Assembly: GCF_001194135.2 (NCBI RefSeq)
Contig: NC_068994.1
Coordinates: forward strand, 6,647,292 to 6,711,291
Origin: Octopus bimaculoides
Lineage: Eukaryota
DNA: 64,000 bases
Reading direction: 5' to 3'
Within the stretch, counting starts at the first letter, position 1, and every line of letters begins with the position of its first letter. The position numbers and the translations under genes are program-made. This document shows, piece after piece, positions 53,979-64,000 of the stretch. Below the pieces are notes generated by a model. That model was not told the origin of the DNA, searched no databases, and saw only the letters and a program-made list of their open reading frames with translations.

Positions 53979-54687
53979 TACTACTAAGGCGGCGAGTTGG
54001 CAGAATCGTTAGCATGCCGGGCGAAATACTTAGCGGTATTTCGTCTGTCTTTTACGTTCTGAGTTCAAATTCCGCCGGGGTCGACTTTGCCTTTCATCCT
54101 TTCGGGGGTCGATTAAATAAGTACCAGTTACGCACTGGGGTCGATGTAATCGACTAGTCCCCTCCCCCCAAATTGCTGCCATTGTGGCAAAATTTGAAAC
54201 CATTATTATTATTATTATTATTATCATTATTATTATTATTACTTAACATAGCAACATCGGTGGGGGGATGTAACATAATGTCAGTTGTCTGCACCAAGCG
54301 GACTAAAGTAAAACATTTATTCTTTTACTAGGATTTTATAAAATAAATTATCTTTCTCATCTTTCCTCCACACAAATCCACAAAGATAAGAGTCAACCAC
54401 GGAATGGTGTGTCCAGGTACTTTCAATTTCTTGAGAGTAAGTCCCGTCTGCTATGGAAACAACCAATTATGGAACAAGTGATGGTTGCACTCCTTGTACG
54501 CATGCTCAGCATCTTTGGGGTTAAACAACTTCAGCGACAACAGTTTTGTATAAAAAAAAACCGAGAAACACCAGGGAGAATTTTGTGCTTGTGTTGTACA
54601 GGTGCAGACATATGACAGTGAGATCAAGGGTCCCATTTTCAATCTCACTGCGTGACATTTTGGGTACATACATACATACATACATAC

Positions 54688-54951
54688 ATAATTTGAGCAC
54701 TAGGTTTTGTTAGCAAATGCTTAAAGGAGAATCTGGATAAACTGGGATTTTCAGAAAGAGAAATCGACCGGCTAATTCGTACATTAGAAGTGTAATCTGT
54801 GAGTGGAACAGTAAAAATATGCAAGACTTTTCTCAAGTTCCAAATGTGAATTCGTTTGTGCTAACCACATCCCAAAGATGGAGCCTTGTATCTTGGTTGG
54901 AAAGCGGCTCCCTCCTCAGTGGAAGGTTTATGATAATTAAAAAAATAGAAG
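54688..54951 (+). mobile_element. 5'-truncated R4/RLE-type LINE 3' end between (TACA)n tracts
   Basis: II*ALGFVSKCLKENLDKLGFSEREIDRLIRTLE..SVSGTVKICKTFLKFQM* plus 3' UTR. Confidence 0.75.
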
Positions 54952-55277
54952 ACATACATACATACATACATGCATACATGCATACATACATACATACATA
55001 CATAATTTGAGCACTAGGNNNNNNNNNNNNNNNNNNNNNNNNNNNNNNNNNNNNNNNNNNNNNNNNNNNNNNNNNNNNNNNNNNNNNNNNNNNNNNNNNN
55101 NNNNNNNNNNNNNNNNNNNNNNNNNNNNNNNNNNNNNNNNNNNNNNNNNNNNNNNNNNNNNNNNNNNNNNNNNNNNNNNNNNNNNNNNNNNNNNNNNNNN
55201 NNNNNNNNNNNNNNNNNNNNNNNNNNNNNNNNNNNNNNNNNNNNNNNNNNNNNNNNNNNNNNNNNNNNNNNNNNNNN

Positions 55278-55620
55278 TATACTCTCCAGCCTTCATCAGG
55301 TGTCTTGGGGGAAATTTTGAACCTGGGTTCTCATTCCTAAGGTATTTTTGATGTTGTTGTTATTATTATTATTATTATTATTAAAGTCACTGCCTGGAAT
55401 CGAACTCGGAATCTTGGGGTTAATAGCCCGCGCTCTTAACCACTACGCCATATTCCCGTGGGCATAATAATAACATCGGAAAATAACTTAGGAATGAGAA
55501 CCCAGGTTGAAAATTTCCCCAAGACACCTGATGAAGGCTGGAGGGTATGTCAGCCGAAACGTTGTGTTAACAACAAACAAGATGAGGACAAATATCCGTC
55601 AAATATAAATAATGTAAATA
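55278..55620. mobile_element. Second divergent pair of the same SINE-like family; the left arm runs into an N gap and the right arm lacks the tRNA head
   Basis: Same body (ccttaggaatgagaacccaggtt...ccccaagacacctgatgaaggctgg) on both strands around a central cccgtgggcata. Confidence 0.8.
55523..55568 (+). ncRNA. Candidate minimal type I hammerhead ribozyme
   Basis: GACAC-CUGAUGA-A-GGCUG(10-nt loop)CAGCC-GAAA-CG-UU-GUGUU. Stem I is GACAC/GUGUU, stem II is GGCUG/CAGCC, stem III is palindromic AACGUU, predicted cleavage after 55563. Confidence 0.65.
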
Positions 55621-55621
55621 A

Positions 55622-56870
55622 TGAAAATTAATGTTATCCACACATTTTTTGCTGATGACCTAAAGTTATATTCTGGTAATATGACCAACATCAAAAGACA
55701 AATAGAACTAGTCACAACATTCTCACGAGATATAGGAATGGAGTTTGGGCAAGACAAATGGTCATGCATGAATAGTCAACTCAGGAAAGATTGTTGACCT
55801 GGCGGAGAACGTGAACATTAACGGCTTGTCTATCTCCCCTATCTGAAATGATGAAAGCTACAAGTGTCTCGGAATCGATGAGAATGTTGTATCCATTGGT
55901 ACTGTGACTGAAGTCAGAATAACAACAGAGTACAGCCTTTGAATGTCGCATGGTATCACTCAGACAACAGCAAAAAAAAAAAAAAACCCGAAAAATGAGT
56001 ATATTCCATGCATACTCAAAAGTGAGAGCAACAACATCTTCAGAGTTGGAGAAAAACTACTATGCAGATGCTCTGACAATCGAGCTGTCTCATGCGACCC
56101 AAAGGTGGCTGGACAGGCCTACCTAAATAGAAGTTTGGAGGAGAAGCAGACGACATACAAACAAAAAGTAATGAATGGGTACATTTCCCGTAAGCTAGAG
56201 GGCAACCACAGCATTGACAGGAAGAGTAGCTTGCCCTGGGCCTGCGACAGATACATTACATCCCACCTAGAAGGATATGCCTTCGCTATCCAGAAACAGG
56301 AGATAGCTACTAAATACCCGATAAACAAGAGGAACAAAGATACTATCAAACCTCCACGTTGTCACGTTGTGATAAAAAGAAAAAAAACGTCGGCTCTGCT
56401 ATACCAGTGTGGAAGATATCAGCCACACCGTCAACAGCTGTCCCAAAATGTCTCCGAGATACTATCTTCCCCTGAGGCATGATATAGTTGCAAAACCTAT
56501 TTACGATGTTATCCGCAGGAAGGACTTTCCCTGACGTAATACATCAAAGACATGATGTATTCGCACCTTTAAAAACTAGGAATGCTGGGAGAATACCCCA
56601 ATAAAAGCATCAATTCGGTGCAAACATAACAAACCTAATACTTGCTTACTTGTCGCGGTCAATTGCCCTGCGGATGTGAATGTACAATCAAGAGTCAAGG
56701 AAAATGAAGACATTTACGGCTAATTAATGCGGAACTTGTATCTCTTGTACCCTGGATGCATTTGGTTATGTACCAACAAATTTGCACAAAAGCTTAGAAA
56801 TACTCGGTTTCACGAAAAAAACGCAAACGAAACCGATGTGGATTCTCCCAAAATTCTCCATCCGAGATTA
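55622..56870 (+). mobile_element. Degraded R4/Dong-like non-LTR retrotransposon (RT, CCHC region, restriction-like endonuclease)
   Basis: HTFFADDLKLYS...VTTFSRDIGMEFGQDK; SHLEGYAFAIQKQEIATKY; KHNKPN; VNCPADVNV...ENEDIYG*LMRNL; FGYVPTNLHKSLEILGF; multiple frameshifts. Confidence 0.82.
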
Positions 56871-57219
56871 TTATGTGAACGGATGCACACACCTGGGTGT
56901 ATGAACCGACAGTTCAACCAACAAACCAACTCAAACCCCGTATTCATAAACACCGGCAACTCTCTTAACGCAAAAAGCCATGTCGTTTTGTTTGCAACCG
57001 GCGCGAACTCTCTCAAGAAGAACTTAATTTATAGTCAAAGAAAAATTATGCACCGCCGCCCGCCACATATATATATATATATAGATACATAAACACACAC
57101 ACACTTTCTCTCCCTCTCTCTCACGCACACGCACACAATATTAGCAATAAGAATGACTCGGAAGTAGCAATAGCATTACCTTTAATTCTATAATTATATA
57201 GCACCTTTCAAAGACCAAC

Positions 57220-58630
57220 ACGTTTCAATTACCCCGATTAGTAACCGTTAACTGTTGAATAACATATTTGGAATAACTGAGAGCAAACTGGTAATCGTTT
57301 TGGGATAATCCCTTACANNNNNNNNNNNNNNNNNNNNNNNNNNNNNNNNNNNNNNNNNNNNNNNNNNNNNNNNNNNNNNNNNNNNNNNNNNNNNNNNNNN
57401 NNNNNNNNNNNNNNNNNNNNNNNNNNNNNNNNNNNNNNNNNNNNNNNNNNNNNNNNNNNNNNNNNNNNNNNNNNNNNNNNNNNNNNNNNNNNNNNNNNNN
57501 NNNNNNNNNNNNNNNNNNNNNNNNNNNNNNNNGTGTGTATGTATGTATATTCCGTCTTTAACTTGCGATGTTTTTTCACGCTGACTACTTGATAAATTTT
57601 TATAAAGATTTTGTCCTATTTTAAAATTATATATATATATATCAGGTCGCAGTCTCAAAGCGACAAAAATATTTTGGCAAATTAAATTTAAATGTTGAAG
57701 TTGTAGTAACGCCGTGCGCATGCGTAGTCTCACGCATGCGTAGAATTAAACAACCAAGCGTTCCCGCTCAATTCATTCTCTTTCTTGCTGGCCAGCATAG
57801 AGCAATGGACGTGTCAAGAGTGTCTCTAACATTCGAACTCTGGAGACAGCCTCTTTACGTGTTAAGCTGTCTCTCTACATCTTTCGGACTTACGCTCGAC
57901 AGCTCGCTCACACCTCCCAACAACGTCCCAACAACAGAAGCTGTAACAACAAGAACTAAAGATGTATATATTTACCACCTGAATAAATGTTGTTTAAGTT
58001 GATAGTCTGGAGTTCAGCGTTCCGTTATATTCTTTAATTTTATATAGGAAAGTCAGGTATACATCTAATGATGTATAACCAACTTTCCTATACTGGTGAC
58101 CCCCGACGAAGAAAAACGCAGCATGAATTCTGGACTACCAACTTATAACTGGTGAACCCCGACTAAAGAACAAATACGGCCATAGAGACTGTCCCGTGTA
58201 CCACACGACAGCAGCAGCAACAATCAGCCAGCGACCACTTCAACGGCTTCGTCCAGCCAACGCTGACCACCGCCGTCGCCACATCAGCAACACGAGTCTA
58301 CGACTACTAACCAGCAACATCGTCATGACCAACATGATTACTACCAAGCATCAATCTCCACCAGCGTCAACACGACTTTCTATGTACACCAAACTAAACC
58401 ACCGCGGCACACATCTCTCTCTTCGATTCTGTTAGGTGACTTAGCTTCACCACGATAATAAACAGACAAGAGATTTCAGCCTGCGATAAACGTCTGTCCT
58501 CAAGGCCCTGGCATCGAAGCCAAAACACAACTAGTGATAAGCTCTGCCAAACGACGAACGACGAACATCTCAGGTATTCTAAATATGTTATTCAACAGTT
58601 AACGGTTACTAATCGGGGCACTTGAAACGT
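57220..58630. mobile_element. Unclassified TIR element (about 63-bp TIRs, CAAC 4-bp TSD) containing the LTR fragment
   Basis: 57220-57282 is the inverted complement of 58568-58630 with few mismatches; CAAC at 57216-57219 and 58631-58634. Confidence 0.75.
57702..58560 (+). mobile_element. 5' LTR (57702-58092), tRNA-Trp primer-binding site (58094-58108) and truncated internal leader
   Basis: The LTR starts TGTAGTAACGCC. TGGTGACCCCCGACG is complementary (one extra C) to the metazoan tRNA-Trp 3' end ...CGTCGGGGTCACCA. Confidence 0.78.
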
Positions 58631-59352
58631 CAACCATCTTCTGGCTACCAAATCCACTCACAGGGCTTTGGTCGGCTCGAGGTTTTAGTAGAAGACACTT
58701 GCTCAAGGTGGCACGCGGTGGAGCTAAACGTTAATTTCATGAGCAGGCTATTCCGTTGATCGTATCAGCTAGGACCCTCGTCGTCGTAACCAACGGAGTG
58801 CTCCTTATATACATACATGAAAAAAAAAAAAAAAAAAGTGAAGGTAGAAAATGCTAAAATAATTTTATAAAAAACATTTCAGTACCGGTTTCAGTACGGA
58901 AAACAATTAAATTTTGGAAAAATTAAAAGAAAAGTTTTTAAAAAGAATATTTGCATAGTATTCAAATACAAGGGGCATTTTCCTTGTTTCTGCCTGTCTC
59001 TGTCTCTCTTGTTTACTCTTGTGGGTTGAGGAGGAGATAGTAGTAGGATGTTAAATGGTCACTTGTACTATATATTCGACGCTTGTTTTTTTCCTTGTGT
59101 GTCCATGATGTATACATAGATCCAACTTTACAATTCCATTTCCCCACGTCTTCATTATTATGTTTATGGATTTCGCATATTTTTTTTTCATTTTCATGTA
59201 TATGTAGGTATGTATGCATGTCACTATCCAGTTTTATTTCAAGATTTCTTGCCAATAGAGAAAGAGCCAGTTTGTAACCTTGATCCAAAGCTTCTTCAGT
59301 CGCATTTCAACATCAACAGGGTATGTATGTATGTATGTATGTATGTATGTAT

Positions 59353-59580
59353 ATGTGCAGATTTGTATGTTTTCTTCTATGTATGTATTCTCATGCATAT
59401 AGCTACATATCTAGACATGCTCATATATGCTCAGATGATAAACTCATGGAAAGTTTTACAGATTTTTACAGTTCCAGTGATGGCTTGGATCTGTAGTCTT
59501 GGAATCAGCTTTCTCCTTTCTGGTTTTGAGAAGCCTAACTTCTCAAGATTAGTATTTAGGCAATGTATTACATACCCCAG
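59353..59580 (-). mobile_element. Related R4/RLE-type LINE 3' end followed by (TACA)n
   Basis: LGYVIHCLNTNLEKLGFSKPERRKLIPRLQIQAITGTVKICKTFHEFII*. Confidence 0.75.
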
Positions 59581-59582
59581 GT

Positions 59583-59893
59583 GGAGGCGCAATGGCCCAG
59601 TGGTTAGGGCATCGGACTCGCGGTCATAGGATCGCGGACATGTGATTAGAACGTTTCAGGAAAAAATCGCAAGACGGATTCTTCAAGCTGAGCTAAACAA
59701 GAGGAGACTTAGGAATAGACTGAGAACAAGATGGCTAGATAATATCCATTGTCTACGTTGGACACATTTGGGAATCCAGACAGGTGTAACGACGGTTGCT
59801 TCTCATTGGACCCTACGGAGGAAGTGGCTGGGGTTTCTATCTCTAATTCTACTTCCCAAGGGATAAGGGGCAACGAAAATGGATGCATGGATG
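59583..59893 (+). mobile_element. Chimera of a family D SINE tRNA head and an RTE LINE 3' end
   Basis: 59583-59637 SINE head joined to GHVIRTFQEKIARRILQAE...RLRTRWLDNI and a 3' UTR ending aatggatgcatggatg. Confidence 0.7.
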
Positions 59894-60119
59894 TTGAAGT
59901 ATCGAAATTTCCGTCATACCATCACCACGACCGCTTGAAAATACGTCATTGAGTAGGTCACAGTTGTGCTACGAAAATTTCGACACCGCAATGAATAAAT
60001 GATAAGTGATATAAACAGTTAATTCGTGTGTGTGTGTGTGTGTGTGATTTTAAGTATTAAAAAAAATGATTCCACAGTGAAATTTGATTCAATTTCACCA
60101 TACCACAGTCTCTGACCAC

Positions 60120-61143
60120 GTCTCTTGCTATATATAATGTATATCATCCAAATAATACTTTCTTCAGTGTCAATACTTAAGCCAAAGCAATATTATTTCT
60201 CATCCAATCTCTGTTCTCTTTGTATTTCTGTTTCTAGCTTTCTTACTGTCGTTCCTCTGTTCGTTTTCTGTCTTTCTTTTCTAGTTCTTTTCCCTTACCT
60301 TTCTTTCAAACTTTGTTCTTGTTGATTTTTTTCTTTGTCTTTCTCTCTTTTCTTTTTCTTGTGCTATGCTTTCATTCGCTCTTTCCTTCTTTATTTCTTT
60401 GTTTCCTCCATTCTTTCATTCATCCTTTATGTTTGTTTGTTTTTGTCTTTTTCTTTCTTTCTTTCTTTCCTTCCTTCTCTCTTTCTTTCACTTGATGTCC
60501 CTCGCTAAATCTCTCCAAATGTGTTTGAATCACGTTCTTTAAAGCACATCTTCCATGACTCACAACATTTCAAGTTCCTTCAGTTGTAATATTGCAATTC
60601 AAGATATAAATAAACTAGCGTTACTCAAAATATATAAATACGTTAGCAGATAGAAAGATAGACAGGTAGCGACGTTGAGACGTTGTTTACTGTCTTTTGA
60701 CCAAAAAAAAAAAAGCAAAACAAAAATACAACAAATTGCGACCAAATTTTACTTGAAAACCGAAATACATTCATCTACACAGAAATATCTATATAGACAT
60801 ATTATGCACGCACCACCTTGACAAAGCTATGTAGGCATATTTGTATAGACCCATCCATACATCTATCTATATATGTCTGTATATATCTAAATATCTTTAT
60901 ATACACATCTATACATACATCTATCTATATATATATATATAAAACTCTTTGACACAAACACATACAAATACATCAATATACATACGTTATCTATATAGAC
61001 AAATCTGTATAGACAAGATCTATACTCACACATCTATATAAGTACGTCTGCATATATATATATGTACATGTCTTTATACATACATCTCTACGCACGACTC
61101 TTAAACACACATATATAAACACTAGATAAACTTGTATAGAAAC

Positions 61144-61205
<62 letters not shown>

Positions 61206-61215
61206 ATCTATCTAT
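60120..61215. repeat. Low-complexity block: pyrimidine-rich (TTTC-like), then TA/TCTA-rich
   Basis: Visible composition; (TCTA)n at about 61143-61213. Confidence 0.8.
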
Positions 61216-61759
61216 ACACACGCAAACTTCAGTGAATTAGTTTTCTTCTTTATATGGTGAAGGTAATAAAATTGATGGACGGATACCTAGGGAAAAAGCT
61301 CAACTTCTAACGTAAATAACACACGGCTGAATCATACCAGTATATTACTGATATATATTTACATAGGACCTCTGAAAAATGAAGCGAGATATTAGAACTA
61401 AGAAATACGAAACTGAAAACTGCAAATCTGTTATTCGCGAATGAGATTTCTAACCCCCAATCCATTTTATGAATATCGATGTTAAAAAAAAATATACCCT
61501 AACAACCGAACAAAACAAAACAAAATAAACAAAACGAATAAATAAATAAAAGAAGACTATTGCAGTTGAGAGAATTTAGCAGAAAGTATTCAGCGTTTTG
61601 CAGTTAATTCTCTGTTCTAACGCCAAGCAATTCTTTTCCTGCCGCCATCACGTTTTTTGTATAAAGCAGACGATCCTGTCTTTGCTGGCATTAGCTAACG
61701 CTTACAACTCACTGTTATATTACTACACCTATCAATAACTCCACTACTACTACTACTAT

Positions 61760-61826
<67 letters not shown>

Positions 61827-63145
61827 GCCATCACTTACCAATAAAGGAAACCAGGAAGCAAAGCAAAATTACTGGCCTGTTAAAGGCGATACGAATCCTC
61901 GGTTCTGCAACGAAACAGCGGACAAACCTTTGACTTACTGGAAGCAATTGGATCAAAGAAATAGTTACACTAAAAAAACAAGGCCAGGTAAGTTATCTGC
62001 TCCATATACTAGCGTGGAAATCAGTGGTTCCGAATTTCTAGGCAGCGACCCGACTTAAAATGGGTACCAAATTGGGTATCAAAATGGCTACCTGTATAAT
62101 TCTGAGAGAGTTAGGGCGACAAGGTTTTCTTTTTCTTTTTTTTTCTTTTTCACTTTCGAAAATATTTGATAACGCGTAAAAAACTGTTTGTGAAATACAT
62201 TGTACTATGAAACCTTAAACATAAGAGTTACCTTTACAGAAATCAAACACCGATGAATAATATTCCTGCAGGGAAAATATCACTTTAGTTTTTTTTTTAA
62301 TACTTTTCCTGCCATGAGGGTTGCCCATCATTCTAAATACCGTTTCTCTTTTACTGCGGCTATGCTGGGGCACCGCCTGAAGAATTTCAATCGAACGAAT
62401 CGATACCACTACTTATTTTTTAAAGCCTGGTACTTATTTTATCTTGTGCCCAACTTCTATGTTATGGGGGCGTAAACACAACACCAGTTATCAAGCAGTG
62501 GTGAGGTACAAACACAGACACAAAGACCCCCCCCCACCCCCCACACATTTACGGCGGGCTTCTTCTCAGTTTCCCCTCTACCAAATCCACTCACACCTTA
62601 TCACCAGCATCTTTTCATCTCTCTTTCCAGCTGAGATAGTCATGTGTCTTCTCTACAGTAAGACTCCTATTCCTTTCTTATCATACTTTAATCTCTTCAG
62701 CAAAAGGCACCAAGCCACCGTCCTTCATACTACCTTACTCCACTCCTTGTAGAGGAATCTGGGCTTGCGAGTTTGTTGGTAACCTTACTAATGCCGTTGC
62801 TACGAAAAAAAATGGCACTAAGTACACTCTGTAAAGAGGGTTGGTGTTAGGAAGGGCATCCAGCCGTAGAAACCATGCCAGAGCAAGCATCGAAGTTCGA
62901 AGTGGTCCTGTGTCTCATCTGATCCTGTTGAGCCGTCCAACTCATGCCATCATAGAAAACAGACATCAATTGATGATGATGGTGATGGTGATGACAATAT
63001 ATATAAATGTCACGCACCAAACGGTTGTCTTTCATCCTTTCAGGGTCGATAAAACAAGTACCAATTACGCATTGGGGGTCGATGTAATCGACTTACCCTT
63101 GCTCCGAAGATGCTGGCCTTGAGCCAGAATTTGAAAACATCATCA

Positions 63146-63207
<62 letters not shown>

Positions 63208-63430
63208 GCCTTTGCACAGCTTCTAACGCTGGAGATGTACTACGGTGTCAGCTGTTCACTTACTAGTGAACTAAGGTAACACCCCTTATTTTTCCAGCAC
63301 CTTCCGGAGTATTCGAGCGGTTCCAAGCCGTGCTGTTTTCTGCAAGTGCTCCACCCTTATTGCAGCCCCTATTTGTTCCATGTACTGGTCAGCATCATCA
63401 TCATCATCATCGTCATCATCATCATCATCA

Positions 63431-63468
<38 letters not shown>

Positions 63469-63698
63469 ATTATTAAATTTGTGTCTTTTGAAGCGGCTCC
63501 GAGAAAACTGAAAAATTTCTAGGTTTTTACTGAATGAAAAGCTTTGTTACTGGATTACATTACAAACAAACTCCGGAGCTTCGGAAGTCCATCCACAAAC
63601 CTGGGACCGACGGAAGGTTTGTGTTGTCCGCAATATTTCATTTGAATTTCTCAATGTTTACAATATGCAACATGTATCTGTCTGTCTGTCTTTCTGTC

Positions 63699-63760
<62 letters not shown>

Positions 63761-63763
<3 letters not shown>

Positions 63764-64000
63764 CTAGACGACGGTGAACAGGTGTGGTCGCCGTTTGTGC
63801 GGCGCGCTTTCCCGCAGCTCGTCTCCTTAGCCGAACTGCAGTCGTGGATTAAACAGAGACCTAGGCTCGGCGAATGGCACCGCGAGTGTCGCGTTGCTCT
63901 CAAGCAACTCTGCCGTCCGGGACCAATCTTGTGCAACTTTGATTCCACAAAAGCGTTCTATAGAGGATTAGTGGAGGGGAGGTGCGACGACGATCTCGGG
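63761..64000 (+). mobile_element. Tx1/L1-clade ORF2 fragment, open to the window end, following (TCTA)n
   Basis: 80 stop-free codons ILDDGEQVWSPFVRRAFPQLVSLAELQSW...STKAFYRGLVEG; CpG-rich. Confidence 0.65.

Overview
Eukaryotic, AT-rich, microsatellite- and SINE-dense genomic DNA. Its repeat landscape and C2H2 gene suggest an octopus/cephalopod (inference). There are two convergent protein-coding genes. (1) On +, a 12-finger C2H2 zinc-finger gene with one large coding exon (ATG 408, donor 2134 or stop 2159). (2) On -, RRP12 (ribosome biogenesis HEAT/NUC173 protein), ATG 47859 to TGA 9788. I traced 33 GT-AG exons by hand with continuous reading phase (3812 nt); one further exon (3n+1 nt) is missing and probably lies in the N gap at 19310-19533. 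The rest is at least five recurring SINE-like families, TTAA- and hAT-type MITEs, Tc1/mariner remnants, RTE, R4/RLE-type and Tx1/L1-type LINE fragments, two related Ty3/gypsy-type LTRs (one solo with TSD, one with a tRNA-Trp PBS) and five N gaps. The most striking unexplained structure is a tRNA-headed SINE-like element whose tail carries a minimal hammerhead-ribozyme motif (intact at 55523-55568) and which occurs twice as a divergent palindromic dimer. Also notable are a 125-codon acidic in-frame read-through of RRP12 intron 2, a Pol III B-box minisatellite, and a 300-bp foldback upstream of RRP12. All alignments and family names are by eye or from memory; no searches were run.
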